From: Escherichia coli
Lineage (GTDB): Bacteria > Pseudomonadota > Gammaproteobacteria > Enterobacterales > Enterobacteriaceae
Length of the DNA stretch: 64,000 nucleotides
Assembly (NCBI RefSeq): GCF_002854065.1
Contig: NZ_CP024147.1
Strand: one strand, 5' to 3'
The notes beneath the pieces are model-generated. The model was given only the letters and a program-made list of their open reading frames with translations, searched no databases and had not been told where the DNA came from. Shown here in pieces: positions 34,706 to 47,092 of the stretch. The stretch's first letter is position 1, and each line of letters begins with the position of its first letter. The position numbers and the translations under genes were made by a program.

Positions 34706-34819
34706 TTTTTTTATTATTTAATAAATATAAATACATTCTGATAATGCATCCTGCCGCTGGACATTATTTCAGCATAAGTGGATATTCAAAGTTTTGCTGT
34801 TTTATCAGGGAATATTTAT

Positions 34820-36250
34820 ATGATACGTAAGTCAGCTACAGGTGTTATTGTTGCGTTAGCCGTAATCTGGGGTGGTGGCACATGGTACACAGGTACGCAA
34901 ATTCAGCCTGGTGTCGAAAAATTTATTAAAGATTTTAACGATGCTAAAAAGAAAGGTGAACATGCCTACGATATGACGTTAAGTTATCAAAATTTTGACA
35001 AAGGCTTTTTTAATTCCCGTTTTCAAATGCAAATGACATTCGATAACGGTGCACCTGATCTCAATATCAAGCCAGGCCAGAAAGTTGTATTTGATGTGGA
35101 TGTTGAGCACGGTCCGTTGCCCATCACAATGTTAATGCATGGTAATGTCATCCCAGCACTGGCAGCGGCAAAAGTGAACTTAGTGAATAATGAACTGACA
35201 CAACCGCTATTTATCGCCGCGAAAAATAAATCGCCCGTGGAAGCGACATTGCGATTCGCGTTTGGTGGCTCATTCTCCACGACATTAGATGTTGCCCCTG
35301 CAGAGTATGGAAAATTCTCTTTTGGTGAAGGCCAGTTTACTTTTAATGGTGATGGTAGTTCATTGTCTAACCTGGATATTGAAGGCAAAGTCGAAGATAT
35401 TGTTCTGCAATTTTCACCAATGAACAAAGTAACGGCAAAAAGTTTTACCATTGATTCTCTGGCGCGATTAGAAGAAAAGAAATTTCCGGTTGGTGAAAGC
35501 GAGTCGAAATTTAATCAGATTAACATTATCAATCACGGGGAAGACGTTGCCCAAATCGATGCTTTCGTTGCAAAAACCAGGCTGGATCGCGTTAAAGACA
35601 AAGATTATATCAATGTCAATCTGACCTACGAACTTGATAAGTTAACAAAAGGGAATCAGCAACTCGGTAGTGGTGAGTGGTCATTGATTGCTGAATCTAT
35701 TGATCCCTCAGCAGTGCGCCAATTTATCATCCAGTATAACATTGCGATGCAGAAGCAGCTTGCTGCACACCCTGAATTAGCAAACGATGAAGTTGCTCTG
35801 CAAGAAGTGAATGCTGCATTGTTCAAAGAGTATTTACCGTTATTACAACAAAGTGAGCCGACCATTAAACAACCGGTAAGATGGAAGAACGCACTCGGCG
35901 AACTAAATGCCAATCTGGATATCAGTATTGCCGACCCAGCCAAATCTTCATCATCCACAAACAAAGATATCAAATCGCTCAATTTTGATGTGAAGTTACC
36001 GCTTAATGTCGTCACAGAAACCGCAAAACAGCTTAATTTATCTGAAGGAATGGATGCGGAAAAAGCGCAAAAGCAGGCTGATAAACAAATCAGCGGGATG
36101 ATGACATTAGGTCAGATGTTTCAGTTAATCACGATTGACAACAATACCGCCTCGCTGCAGCTGCGTTATACACCGGGTAAAGTTGTTTTTAACGGACAGG
36201 AGATGAGCGAAGAAGAATTTATGTCTCGTGCCGGACGTTTTGTTCATTAA
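34820..36250 (+). CDS. yihF: DUF945-family putative exported protein YihF
   Basis: ORF 34778..36250 trimmed to MIRKSATGVIVALAVIWGGG (signal-like); 476 aa. Confidence 0.8.
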   Translation: MIRKSATGVIVALAVIWGGGTWYTGTQIQPGVEKFIKDFNDAKKKGEHAYDMTLSYQNFDKGFFNSRFQMQMTFDNGAPDLNIKPGQKVVFDVDVEHGPLPITMLMHGNVIPALAAAKVNLVNNELTQPLFIAAKNKSPVEATLRFAFGGSFSTTLDVAPAEYGKFSFGEGQFTFNGDGSSLSNLDIEGKVEDIVLQFSPMNKVTAKSFTIDSLARLEEKKFPVGESESKFNQINIINHGEDVAQIDAFVAKTRLDRVKDKDYINVNLTYELDKLTKGNQQLGSGEWSLIAESIDPSAVRQFIIQYNIAMQKQLAAHPELANDEVALQEVNAALFKEYLPLLQQSEPTIKQPVRWKNALGELNANLDISIADPAKSSSSTNKDIKSLNFDVKLPLNVVTETAKQLNLSEGMDAEKAQKQADKQISGMMTLGQMFQLITIDNNTASLQLRYTPGKVVFNGQEMSEEEFMSRAGRFVH

Positions 36251-36290
36251 AATACTCACTCGCCTCTGCTCATTCAGAGGCGAGCAAAAT

Positions 36291-37223
36291 TTACTTGTCC
36301 TGCCGCTGTGATGACATCAACGACGTCAGAAGTCGGTCTTTTTCCTGCCACAATGAGTTCAGCCATTGCTGAAAATGGCGCTTAAAGCTTTTGTCATTGA
36401 TGTAGTCGCCATGTAACTCATCGGCAATAGGCTGTAAATCCACATGTACGACAATCCGCGTCAGTTTACCGCTTAACATATCGAAGAACGGCTGACGGTT
36501 ATTGTCCGGATAACACAACGTAACATTAAGCAGTTTATCGAATTGTTTACCCAGTACATTTAGCGCCATCGCAATGCCTGCCGCCTTTGGTGGCAACAAG
36601 TTTTGGAAAGTGGAGTGGGTTTGCTGATGTTTTTCTTGCGTGAAACGGGAGCCTTCAACGAAATTGACAATGGTGGTGGGATGCAGGCGAAACTTTTCAC
36701 AAGAACGCCGAGTGGTTTCAACATCTTTACCACGTCGCTCCGGATGACGTAATAAATAAGCGCGGGAATAACGCTTCATAAACGGCATATCCAGCGCCCA
36801 GCACGCCAGGCCAAGAAATGGCACCCAGGCCAGCTGTTGCTTGAGGAAATATTTATTCATCGGAATGTGCTTACGAAACAGCACGCACAGTACGACAATA
36901 TCTGCCCAACTACGGTGGTTACAAATAAGCAGATACCAGTTCTTCTTACTTAACCCTTCCAGCCCGTGAACTTCCCATTGCAGGTGTGGGTTCAGATGCA
37001 GTAATACCGCCAGACCTTCACACCAGCAATACATCATAAAATCACAAAAACGCGAAACCTTTCGCCAAATGACTGGCACAGGTAGCAATAGTTTTACAAT
37101 CCCGGCAATGATGATCGGGACGGAGCAAAAAATAGTGACCAAAATGGTCAATACGATACTCAGCAAAAGGGTTATCGCAGCGAGTATTCTCGTCATAATG
37201 AATTTATTCAAAAGGTTAGCCAT
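36291..37223 (-). CDS. yihG: Putative membrane acyltransferase YihG (PlsC-like)
   Basis: ORF 36291..37247 trimmed to MANLLNKF; 310 aa; acyltransferase-like NHRSWADI motif. Confidence 0.75.
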   Translation of the reverse strand: MANLLNKFIMTRILAAITLLLSIVLTILVTIFCSVPIIIAGIVKLLLPVPVIWRKVSRFCDFMMYCWCEGLAVLLHLNPHLQWEVHGLEGLSKKNWYLLICNHRSWADIVVLCVLFRKHIPMNKYFLKQQLAWVPFLGLACWALDMPFMKRYSRAYLLRHPERRGKDVETTRRSCEKFRLHPTTIVNFVEGSRFTQEKHQQTHSTFQNLLPPKAAGIAMALNVLGKQFDKLLNVTLCYPDNNRQPFFDMLSGKLTRIVVHVDLQPIADELHGDYINDKSFKRHFQQWLNSLWQEKDRLLTSLMSSQRQDK

Positions 37224-37586
37224 AGACAGTGCGCTAAAGAAGCGCAAGGCGCAGATTTTAGCAGAAAACGACCCAAATAACGGATGATCCTTAAGGAGAA
37301 AAATAATTCATATCTATCCACATTAGAAAAAATCCCATTATCTCAATTATTAGGGATGGCTTTATTTTTAACTGCATGAAAAACAAAGACAAACATCATG
37401 CTGTAAAAAGCATGATAATAAATTAAAAGCGATGTAAATAATTTATGCACAAAGTTATCCACATGACGATTTGCGAGCGATCCAGAAGATCTACAAAAGA
37501 TTTTCACGAAAAGCGGTGAAAAACTCATGTTTTTATCCTGTCTGTGGCATCCTTTACCCATAATCTGATAAACAGGCACGGACATT

Positions 37587-40373
37587 ATGGTTCAGATCCC
37601 CCAAAATCCACTTATCCTTGTAGATGGTTCATCTTATCTTTATCGCGCATATCACGCGTTTCCTCCGCTGACTAACAGCGCAGGCGAGCCGACCGGTGCG
37701 ATGTATGGTGTCCTCAACATGCTGCGCAGTCTGATCATGCAATATAAACCGACGCATGCAGCGGTGGTCTTTGACGCCAAGGGAAAAACCTTTCGTGATG
37801 AACTGTTTGAACATTACAAATCACATCGCCCGCCAATGCCGGACGATCTGCGTGCACAAATCGAACCCTTGCACGCGATGGTTAAAGCGATGGGACTGCC
37901 GCTGCTGGCGGTTTCTGGCGTAGAAGCGGACGACGTTATCGGTACTCTGGCGCGCGAAGCCGAAAAAGCCGGGCGTCCGGTGCTGATCAGCACTGGCGAT
38001 AAAGATATGGCGCAGCTGGTGACGCCAAATATTACGCTTATCAATACCATGACGAATACCATCCTCGGACCGGAAGAGGTGGTGAATAAGTACGGCGTGC
38101 CGCCAGAACTGATCATCGATTTCCTGGCGCTGATGGGTGACTCCTCTGATAACATTCCTGGCGTACCGGGCGTCGGTGAAAAAACCGCGCAGGCATTGCT
38201 GCAAGGTCTTGGCGGGCTGGATACGCTGTATGCCGAGCCAGAAAAAATTGCTGGGTTGAGCTTCCGTGGCGCGAAAACAATGGCAGCGAAGCTCGAGCAA
38301 AACAAAGAAGTTGCTTATCTCTCATACCAGCTGGCGACGATTAAAACCGACGTTGAACTGGAGCTGACCTGTGAACAACTGGAAGTGCAGCAACCGGCAG
38401 CGGAAGAGTTGTTGGGGCTGTTCAAAAAGTATGAGTTCAAACGCTGGACTGCTGATGTCGAAGCGGGCAAATGGTTACAGGCCAAAGGGGCAAAACCCGC
38501 CGCGAAGCCACAGGAAACCAGTGTTGCAGACGAAGCACCAGAAGTGACGGCAACGGTGATTTCTTATGACAACTACGTCACCATCCTTGATGAAGAAACA
38601 CTGAAAGCGTGGATTGCGAAGCTGGAAAAAGCGCCGGTATTTGCATTTGATACCGAAACCGACAGCCTTGATAACATCTCTGCTAACCTGGTCGGGCTTT
38701 CTTTTGCTATCGAGCCAGGCGTAGCGGCATATATTCCGGTTGCTCATGATTATCTTGATGCGCCCGATCAAATCTCTCGCGAGCGTGCACTCGAGTTGCT
38801 AAAACCGCTGCTGGAAGATGAAAAGGCGCTGAAGGTCGGGCAAAACCTGAAATACGATCGCGGTATTCTGGCGAATTACGGCATTGAGCTGCGTGGGATT
38901 GCGTTTGATACCATGCTGGAGTCCTACATTCTCAATAGCGTTGCTGGCCGTCACGATATGGACAGCCTCGCAGAACGTTGGTTGAAGCACAAAACCATCA
39001 CTTTTGAAGAGATTGCGGGTAAAGGCAAAAATCAACTGACCTTTAACCAGATTGCCCTCGAAGAGGCCGGACGTTACGCCGCCGAAGATGCAGATGTCAC
39101 CTTGCAGTTGCATCTGAAAATGTGGCCGGATCTGCAAAAACACAAAGGGCCGTTGAACGTCTTCGAGAATATCGAAATGCCGCTGGTGCCGGTGCTTTCA
39201 CGCATTGAACGTAACGGTGTGAAGATCGATCCGAAAGTGCTGCACAATCATTCTGAAGAGCTTACCTTGCGTCTGGCTGAGCTGGAAAAGAAAGCGCATG
39301 AAATTGCAGGTGAGGAATTTAACCTTTCTTCCACCAAGCAGTTACAAACCATTCTGTTTGAAAAACAGGGCATTAAACCGCTGAAGAAAACGCCGGGTGG
39401 CGCGCCGTCAACGTCGGAAGAGGTACTGGAAGAACTGGCGCTGGACTATCCGTTGCCAAAAGTGATTCTGGAGTATCGTGGTCTGGCGAAGCTGAAATCG
39501 ACCTACACCGACAAGCTGCCGCTGATGATCAACCCGAAAACCGGGCGTGTGCATACCTCTTATCACCAGGCAGTAACTGCAACGGGACGTTTATCGTCAA
39601 CCGATCCTAACCTGCAAAACATTCCGGTACGTAACGAAGAAGGTCGCCGTATCCGCCAGGCGTTTATTGCGCCAGAGGATTATGTGATTGTCTCAGCGGA
39701 CTACTCGCAGATTGAACTGCGCATTATGGCGCATCTCTCGCGTGACAAAGGCTTGCTGACCGCATTCGCGGAAGGAAAAGATATCCACCGGGCAACGGCG
39801 GCAGAAGTGTTTGGTTTGCCACTGGAAACCGTCACCAGCGAGCAACGCCGTAGCGCGAAAGCGATCAACTTTGGTCTGATTTATGGCATGAGTGCTTTCG
39901 GTCTGGCGCGGCAATTGAACATTCCACGTAAAGAAGCGCAGAAGTACATGGACCTTTACTTCGAACGCTACCCTGGCGTGCTGGAGTATATGGAACGCAC
40001 CCGTGCTCAGGCGAAAGAGCAGGGCTACGTTGAAACGCTGGACGGACGCCGTCTGTATCTGCCGGATATCAAATCCAGCAATGGTGCTCGTCGTGCAGCG
40101 GCTGAACGTGCAGCCATTAACGCGCCAATGCAGGGAACCGCCGCCGACATTATCAAACGGGCGATGATTGCCGTTGATGCGTGGTTACAGGCTGAGCAAC
40201 CGCGTGTACGTATGATCATGCAGGTACACGATGAACTGGTATTTGAAGTCCATAAAGATGATGTCGATGCCGTCGCGAAGCAGATTCATCAACTGATGGA
40301 AAACTGTACCCGTCTGGATGTGCCGTTGCTGGTGGAAGTGGGGAGTGGCGAAAACTGGGATCAGGCGCACTAA
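37587..40373 (+). CDS. polA: DNA polymerase I
   Basis: 928-aa ORF ([25 protein letters not shown]) with 5' nuclease, 3'-5' exonuclease and polymerase regions. Confidence 0.97.
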
Positions 40374-40520
40374 GATTCGCCTGAACATGCCCTTTTTTCG
40401 TAAGTAAGCAACATAAGCTGTCACGTTTTGTGATGGCTATTAGAAATTCCTATGCAACAACTGAAAAAAAATTACAAAAAGTGCTTTCTGAACTGAACAA
40501 AAAAGAGTAAAGTTAGTCGC

Positions 40521-40629
40521 GTAGGGTACAGAGGTAAGATGTTCTATCTTTCAGACCTTTTACTTCACGTAATCGGATTTGGCTGAATATTTTAGCCGCC
40601 CCAGTCAGTAATGACTGGGGCGTTTTTTA
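40521..40629 (+). ncRNA. spf: Spot 42 small RNA
   Basis: gtagggtacagaggtaagatgttctatctttcagacc ... gccccagtcagtaatgactggggcgtttttta; sits between polA and engB. Confidence 0.9.
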
Positions 40630-40651
40630 TTGGGCGAAAGAAAAAATCCGC

Positions 40652-40738
40652 AATGCCTGATGCGCCATGTTTATCAGGCCAACGGTAGAATTGTAATCTA
40701 TTGAATTTACGGGCCGGATACGCCACATCCGGCACAAG
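40652..40738. repeat. REP palindromic elements
   Basis: gcctgatgcgccatgtttatcaggcc and gccggatacgccacatccggca. Confidence 0.5.
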
Positions 40739-40754
40739 CATTAAGGCAAGAAAA

Positions 40755-41387
40755 TTATTCGCCGTCCTGCGTTTCTTCTACAGGCTGCATCTCGCTAAAC
40801 CAGGTATCCAGTTTCTGCCGCAGCTTGTCCACGCCTTGTTTCTTCAGCGAAGAAAACGTTTCAACCTGCACATCACCGTTAAACGCCAGCACCGCTTCAC
40901 GCACCATATTCAATTGCGCTTTACGTGCGCTACTTGCCAGTTTGTCCGCTTTGGTCAGCAGTACCAACACGGCGATATTGCTGTCTACCGCCCACTCAAT
41001 CATCTGCTGATCCAAATCTTTCAGCGGATGGCGAATATCCATTAGCACTACCAGACCTTGTAGGCTCTGACGTTTTTCGAGGTACTCGCCGAGCGCGCGC
41101 TGCCATTTGCGCTTCATCTCTTCCGGGACTTCCGCATAACCGTACCCAGGCAAGTCAACCAGACGCTTGCCGTCAGCCACTTCAAACAGGTTGATAAGCT
41201 GGGTGCGTCCTGGGGTTTTTGAGGTACGAGCCAGGCTTTTCTGGTTAGTCAGCGTGTTCAGCGCGCTGGATTTACCTGCGTTGGAACGGCCTGCAAAAGC
41301 CACTTCAATTCCGGTATCGGAAGGTAGGTGGCGAATATCAGGCGCACTCATCACAAAATGCGTCTGTTGATAATTCAAATTAGTCAA
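40755..41387 (-). CDS. engB: Ribosome biogenesis GTPase EngB (YihA)
   Basis: 210-aa ORF with P-loop GRSNAGKSS. Confidence 0.9.
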   Translation of the reverse strand: MTNLNYQQTHFVMSAPDIRHLPSDTGIEVAFAGRSNAGKSSALNTLTNQKSLARTSKTPGRTQLINLFEVADGKRLVDLPGYGYAEVPEEMKRKWQRALGEYLEKRQSLQGLVVLMDIRHPLKDLDQQMIEWAVDSNIAVLVLLTKADKLASSARKAQLNMVREAVLAFNGDVQVETFSSLKKQGVDKLRQKLDTWFSEMQPVEETQDGE

Positions 41388-41657
41388 AGCGGTCGTCTCC
41401 GTCAGTCAAAGCTTTGTGGCGATTATACCTGAACCATAATAAAAGGCGGATTTTTCGGCGTGAGCGTTGTAAGTAAAAGCCATACGCTTTGTGAGACATT
41501 GCCGATAGTCTTTATGCGAAATAGCAGAGAAAATTCTGCGATGCATGTCAAATAAGCTATATAAATCAGTGAATTGCTTTTATATAAAACTCTGAAAATG
41601 TGCAAATACTGATGGCGGTTGATTGTTTGTTTAAAGCAAAGGCGTAAAGTAACACCC

Positions 41658-41903
41658 ATAGAGCGAGGACGCTAACAGGAACAATGACTCAGGATGAGGG
41701 TCAGGAGCGCCAGGAGGCGAAGACAGAGGATTGTCAGGAAGACAAACGTCCGGAGACGTAATTAAACGGAAATGGAATCAACACGGATTGTTCCGGCTAA
41801 TGGAAAAACAGGGTGTGTTGGCGGCCTGCAAGGATTGTAAGACCCGTTAAGGGTTATGAGTCAGGAAAAAAGGCGACAGAGTAATCTGTCGCCTTTTTTC
41901 TTT
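41658..41903 (+). ncRNA. csrC: CsrC small RNA (CsrA-sequestering)
   Basis: Multiple GGA motifs (aggatgagggtcaggagcgccaggaggcgaagacagagga...) ending in hairpin gcgacagagtaatctgtcgcc plus T-run; between engB and yihI. Confidence 0.8.
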
Positions 41904-41968
41904 GCTTGCTTTCTGTTAGATTCCGCCGCAAATCTATACTGAATAAAACGGCTAAAAGACGAACCATT

Positions 41969-42475
41969 ATGAAACCATCTTCACCATCACGCAGCAAAGG
42001 TCATGCAAAAGCGCGTCGCAAAACGCGCGAAGAGCTGAATCAGGAAGCTCGTGACCGCAAGCGTCAGAAAAAACGTCGTGGTCATGCGCCGGGCAGCCGC
42101 GCAGCGGGCGGTAACACCACGTCAGGCAGCAAAGGCCAGAACGCACCAAAAGATCCACGTATTGGCAGTAAAACCCCTATTCCATTGGGCGTGACTGAAA
42201 AAGTCACCAAACAGCACAAACCGAAGAGTGAGAAACCTATGCTTTCACCGCAGGCGGAGTTGGAATTACTGGAAACGGATGAGCGTCTGGATGCGCTGCT
42301 GGAACGTCTGGAAGCAGGCGAAACCCTGAGTGCCGAAGAGCAATCCTGGGTGGATGCTAAACTGGATCGTATTGATGAGTTGATGCAGAAACTCGGCCTC
42401 TCTTATGACGATGACGAAGAAGAGGAAGAAGACGAGAAGCAAGAAGACATGATGCGTCTGCTGCGGGGCAACTAA
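41969..42475 (+). CDS. yihI: Der GTPase-activating protein YihI
   Basis: ORF trimmed to [23 protein letters not shown]; highly basic N-terminus and acidic C-terminus. Confidence 0.85.
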   Translation: MKPSSPSRSKGHAKARRKTREELNQEARDRKRQKKRRGHAPGSRAAGGNTTSGSKGQNAPKDPRIGSKTPIPLGVTEKVTKQHKPKSEKPMLSPQAELELLETDERLDALLERLEAGETLSAEEQSWVDAKLDRIDELMQKLGLSYDDDEEEEEDEKQEDMMRLLRGN

Positions 42476-42663
42476 CGGATTGCCGCCGTGGGCCTTCCCG
42501 TTCTGCTGATAACCCTTCCGGTTATATGTTATCTGGTGTGGTTATTCGTTAAACTACAGCGGTTGTCGCGGCGACAAAAGTGGCTGCGCAACCGGCTGAT
42601 GACCCGAAACGGGCATCCGCCGGTACGCCGTAGCCGCCAGAGACGCCATCGGAAGGAGTGAGC

Positions 42664-44037
42664 ATGTCTGTACAGCAAATCGACTGGGATCTGGCCCTGA
42701 TCCAGAAATATAACTATTCCGGGCCACGATACACCTCGTACCCGACCGCGCTGGAGTTTTCAGAAGACTTCGGCGAACAGGCGTTTTTACAAGCCGTGGC
42801 GCGCTATCCTGAGCGTCCATTATCTCTCTACGTACATATCCCGTTCTGCCATAAGCTTTGTTACTTCTGCGGTTGCAATAAGATTGTTACTCGCCAGCAG
42901 CACAAGGCCGATCAGTATCTGGACGCGCTGGAGCAAGAAATCGTCCATCGTGCACCGCTGTTCGCCGGGCGTCACGTCAGCCAGCTGCACTGGGGCGGTG
43001 GAACGCCGACGTATCTGAATAAAGCGCAAATCAGCCGCCTGATGAAGCTGCTGCGCGAAAACTTCCAGTTCAATGCCGATGCGGAGATTTCGATCGAAGT
43101 CGATCCGCGGGAAATCGAACTGGATGTACTCGATCATTTACGCGCCGAAGGCTTTAATCGCCTGAGCATGGGCGTGCAGGACTTCAACAAAGAAGTGCAA
43201 CGTCTGGTTAACCGCGAGCAGGATGAAGAGTTCATCTTTGCACTGCTTAACCATGCGCGTGAGATTGGTTTTACCTCCACCAACATCGACCTGATTTACG
43301 GCCTGCCGAAACAGACGACGGAGAGTTTCGCCTTTACCCTGAAACGTGTGGCGGAGCTGAACCCCGATCGTCTGAGTGTCTTTAACTACGCGCATCTGCC
43401 GACCATTTTTGCTGCTCAGCGCAAAATCAAAGATGCTGACCTGCCGAGTCCGCAGCAAAAACTCGATATCCTGCAGGAAACCATCGCCTTCCTGACGCAA
43501 TCGGGCTATCAGTTTATCGGTATGGATCACTTTGCCCGTCCGGATGACGAGCTGGCAGTGGCCCAGCGTGAAGGCGTGCTGCATCGTAACTTCCAGGGCT
43601 ACACCACTCAGGGCGATACCGATCTGCTGGGGATGGGCGTTTCCGCTATCAGCATGATTGGCGACTGCTACGCGCAGAACCAGAAAGAGTTGAAGCAGTA
43701 CTATCAGCAAGTGGATGAACAAGGCAATGCGCTGTGGCGTGGTATTGCGCTAACGCGTGATGACTGTATTCGCCGCGATGTGATTAAGTCGCTCATCTGC
43801 AACTTCCGTCTGGATTACGCCCCTATTGAGAAACAGTGGGATTTGCACTTCGCTGATTACTTTGCGGAAGATCTCAAGCTGCTCGCCCCGTTAGCAAAAG
43901 ATGGGCTGGTGGATGTGGATGAGAAGGGAATACAGGTTACGGCGAAAGGTCGCTTGCTGATCCGCAACATTTGCATGTGCTTTGATACCTATCTGCGCCA
44001 GAAAGCGCGGATGCAGCAGTTCTCTCGGGTGATTTAA
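42664..44037 (+). CDS. hemN: Oxygen-independent coproporphyrinogen III oxidase HemN (radical SAM)
   Basis: ORF trimmed to MSVQQIDWDLALIQKY; radical-SAM CxxxCxxC (CHKLCYFCGC); 457 aa. Confidence 0.9.
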   Translation: MSVQQIDWDLALIQKYNYSGPRYTSYPTALEFSEDFGEQAFLQAVARYPERPLSLYVHIPFCHKLCYFCGCNKIVTRQQHKADQYLDALEQEIVHRAPLFAGRHVSQLHWGGGTPTYLNKAQISRLMKLLRENFQFNADAEISIEVDPREIELDVLDHLRAEGFNRLSMGVQDFNKEVQRLVNREQDEEFIFALLNHAREIGFTSTNIDLIYGLPKQTTESFAFTLKRVAELNPDRLSVFNYAHLPTIFAAQRKIKDADLPSPQQKLDILQETIAFLTQSGYQFIGMDHFARPDDELAVAQREGVLHRNFQGYTTQGDTDLLGMGVSAISMIGDCYAQNQKELKQYYQQVDEQGNALWRGIALTRDDCIRRDVIKSLICNFRLDYAPIEKQWDLHFADYFAEDLKLLAPLAKDGLVDVDEKGIQVTAKGRLLIRNICMCFDTYLRQKARMQQFSRVI

Positions 44038-44102
44038 ATAGTGAATGGCGCTTCGTTTACAAAGTAGAAAACGAAAGCGCCATCAATGTGCTGAGAACAA
44101 GA

Positions 44103-44196
44103 TTGCCTGATGCGCTACGCTTATCAGGCCTACAAAACCTGTTGAAAATATTGCTTTTGTAGACCGGATAAGGCGTTCACGCCGCATCCGGCATGA
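44103..44196. repeat. REP palindromic elements
   Basis: gcctgatgcgctacgcttatcaggcctac and gtagaccggataaggcgttcacgccgcatccggca. Confidence 0.55.
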
Positions 44197-44226
44197 ACAA
44201 AGAGCACTTCATCAGCAATCTGAAAC

Positions 44227-44337
44227 TCAACTAAACAGCCCAATCATCGCGGCACACAGCACGGCAGCAACGGCAGTTTGCGGTGTGTGGCTGTCAACTG
44301 CGCCACTCGATACCAGATTAATTATTGATTCCAGCAT
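44227..44337 (-). CDS. yshB: Small protein YshB (36 aa)
   Basis: Minus-strand ORF MLESIINLVSSGAVDSHTPQTAVAAVLCAAMIGLFS, below the 60-aa cut-off of the ORF track. Confidence 0.5.
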   Translation of the reverse strand: MLESIINLVSSGAVDSHTPQTAVAAVLCAAMIGLFS

Positions 44338-44448
44338 AATGACTCTCCCCGTTTTCCGGGCAAGATCATACTGAACTTATCGGAACAGTAAAGCGCAAAA
44401 TACCAGCAATTTGCGCTCAATAATCAATCTTTACACACAAGCCGTGAA

Positions 44449-45858
44449 TCACTCCATCCCTAACTCTTTTAACTTACGCGTCAGAGTGTTGCGGCCCCAG
44501 CCGAGTAGCCGCGCCGCTTCCTGTTTATGCCCCTGCGTATGTCGCAACGCGGTCGTCAGTAACGTCCGCTCCAGCTCTGGCTGCGCTTCGGAAAGCAGAT
44601 TTTGATGACCGGAACGTAGCGCCCGATCTGCCCACTGTGCTAACAGCGTTGCCCAACTGTCCGGTTGCATTTGCGAAGTACTCTCCGCAACCGTTGATTC
44701 AAACAGTTCACCGGGCAAATCCTGAATCAACACTTCCTGCCCGGCGGCCATCACTGTTAGCCAGCGACAGGTGTTTTCCAGCTGGCGTACGTTACCCGGC
44801 CACGCCAGACGCGTCAGAGCAGCTTCGGTTTCCGGATGCAGCAACTTCGCTTCTACGCCCAGTTCGTGCGCAGCAACCTGTAAAAAATGGCGTGCCAGGC
44901 GGGGAATATCTTCCCGACGCTCACGCAGTGGCGGCAGATGAACGCGGATAACGTTCAGGCGGTGGAACAGATCCTCACGGAACTTACCTTCCTGCACCCG
45001 CTGTTCGAGATTCTGGTGAGTGGCAGCGATAATCCGCACATCCACTTTCACCGGCGCATAGCCGCCAACGCGGTAAAACTGACCGTCTGCCAGCACGCGC
45101 AGCAAACGCGTCTGCACATCCAGCGGCATATCGCCAATTTCATCGAGAAATAATGTACCGCCATCAGCCTGTTCAAAACGCCCCTGACGAATGGTATTCG
45201 CGCCGGTAAACGCGCCTTTCTCGTGACCAAACAGTTCTGATTCGATCAAATCTTTTGGGATAGCTGCCATATTCAGCGCGATAAACGGCGCTTTGGCTCG
45301 CGGACTGTGGCGATGCAGGGCATGAGCGACCAGTTCTTTACCGGTACCGGATTCGCCGTTAATCAGCACGCTAATAGAAGAACGCGAAAGCCGACCGATA
45401 ATACGGAACACGTCCTGCATGGCTGGCGCTTCGCCGATGATATCGGTCGTTGGGCCGTTAAGCTGAACATTACGCGGCTGCTGCTGTTCCTGGTAATGAC
45501 TGATGGCGCGCTCAACCAGCGCCACGGCTTCGTCGATATCAAACGGTTTGGGCAGATAATCGAACGCCCCTTGTTGATAGGCGCTGACGGCAGCATCCAG
45601 ATCGGAATGTGCGGTCATAATGATGACCGGAAGCATCGGATGGCGCTGTTTAATCTGCTTGAGCAGCGCCAGCCCGTCCATTCCCGGCATACGGATATCT
45701 GAAAGCAGCACATCCGGCGTTTTGCTCGCCAGCGCCTCCAGTACCTCCGCGCCGTTCTCAAATGTCGTACAGGTTAAACCCGCTCCAGCGAGCGCACGTT
45801 CAAGCACCCAACGGATGGAACTATCGTCATCGACTACCCAGACTATCCCTCGTTGCAT
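44449..45858 (-). CDS. glnG: Nitrogen regulation response regulator NtrC
   Basis: ORF 44449..45918 trimmed to [23 protein letters not shown]; sigma54-activator AAA+ motif GESGTGKE; 469 aa. Confidence 0.95.
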   Translation of the reverse strand: MQRGIVWVVDDDSSIRWVLERALAGAGLTCTTFENGAEVLEALASKTPDVLLSDIRMPGMDGLALLKQIKQRHPMLPVIIMTAHSDLDAAVSAYQQGAFDYLPKPFDIDEAVALVERAISHYQEQQQPRNVQLNGPTTDIIGEAPAMQDVFRIIGRLSRSSISVLINGESGTGKELVAHALHRHSPRAKAPFIALNMAAIPKDLIESELFGHEKGAFTGANTIRQGRFEQADGGTLFLDEIGDMPLDVQTRLLRVLADGQFYRVGGYAPVKVDVRIIAATHQNLEQRVQEGKFREDLFHRLNVIRVHLPPLRERREDIPRLARHFLQVAAHELGVEAKLLHPETEAALTRLAWPGNVRQLENTCRWLTVMAAGQEVLIQDLPGELFESTVAESTSQMQPDSWATLLAQWADRALRSGHQNLLSEAQPELERTLLTTALRHTQGHKQEAARLLGWGRNTLTRKLKELGME

Positions 45859-45869
45859 AAACGTCACCT

Positions 45870-46919
45870 TTATTTCCTGATAGGCAGGTAAACCGAGAAC
45901 TCGGTATGCCCTGGCCAACTGGTAAATTCAATTTTGCCTGAATGCTGATCAATCAAATTACGAGCGATGGATAAGCCAAGCCCGGTGCCACCTTCGCGGC
46001 CGCTGACCATCGGGTAAAACAGCGTATCCTGCAAATGAGGCGGAATGCCTGGCCCGTTATCTTCCACATCAATCCGCGCCGCCAGCCGGTAGCGCTCGCC
46101 GTGTAAGGTCAGTTGAAACGCGGTGCGGGTACGCAGAATGATTTCACCACCCTCCGGCCCCAGCGCCTGTAGCGCATTGCGCACAATATTCAGCAAGACC
46201 TGTTCAATTTGATCCGGGTCGTGCGCCAGTTCCGGCAGGCTGGGATCGTAATCACGAATCAACCGCACGTTGTCCGGCAGTTCCATCGACACCAGCGTTA
46301 CCACGCGTTCAGCTACTTTGTGAATACTTTCGGTCACGCGCGTACCGGGCAGCTGCGGCCCCAACAGACGGTCGACCAGATTTCGCAGCCGGTCCGCCTG
46401 TTCGATAATCACTTTGGTATATTCCAGTAGTGACGGGTCAGGTAATGCTTTGCTGAGTAGCTGCGCCGCGCCACGTAAACCGCCAAGCGGATTTTTAATC
46501 TCATGTGCCAGGCCGCGCACTAAATCACGGGCAGCAACCTGCTGGGCGTGCTGTAGCTGTTCCTGACTTAAGCGGCGCTGGTTATCCATCGGCGCCATCT
46601 CCAGCAGGATCATGCCGTCCGGCATACGCTGGGCCGTCACAGAAAGGATATGCGAGCGACCGTCGATCACCAGCGTCACTTCGTTATCGGTAAAACCTTG
46701 CCCCGCCTCCAGACTTTCTTGCATCAGCTCAATATTTAATGAGAAGTAGCTCAACAGTTCCGGTAACGGCGTACCAAACAATTTGCGGGAGCTTTGGGCG
46801 AGCAGTTGTTGCGCGGCGGGGTTGGCGTAATGGATCGCCAGGTTGTCATCGATTAACAAAATACTGTTAATCAGCGAGTTGAGGATCTGCCCAGCATCGG
46901 GCTGCGTGCCTGTTGCCAT
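45870..46919 (-). CDS. glnL: Nitrogen regulation sensor kinase NtrB
   Basis: 349-aa ORF with H-box HEIKNPL. Confidence 0.95.
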
Positions 46920-47092
46920 AAAGCAGTCTCCTGAACAGGTTGCACCATTTTAGTGCATTATAGCTTTTTACGGATAAAAAGCGCGAAGCATCAGAGAATT
47001 GACGGAGAAAAAAGCCCATGCAGAGATGGGCTGAAAGTTTCCACGGCAACTAAATCCCGGCGTTGTTGCGCCGGGTAGTACAACTTCAACTA

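Noticed and set aside
32838-34723. Treating the 559-bp repeat as an IS1 target-site duplication
   Set aside because: IS1 normally makes about 9-bp duplications; this needs a secondary event or is an assembly artefact, so it is reported as a finding rather than a target duplication.
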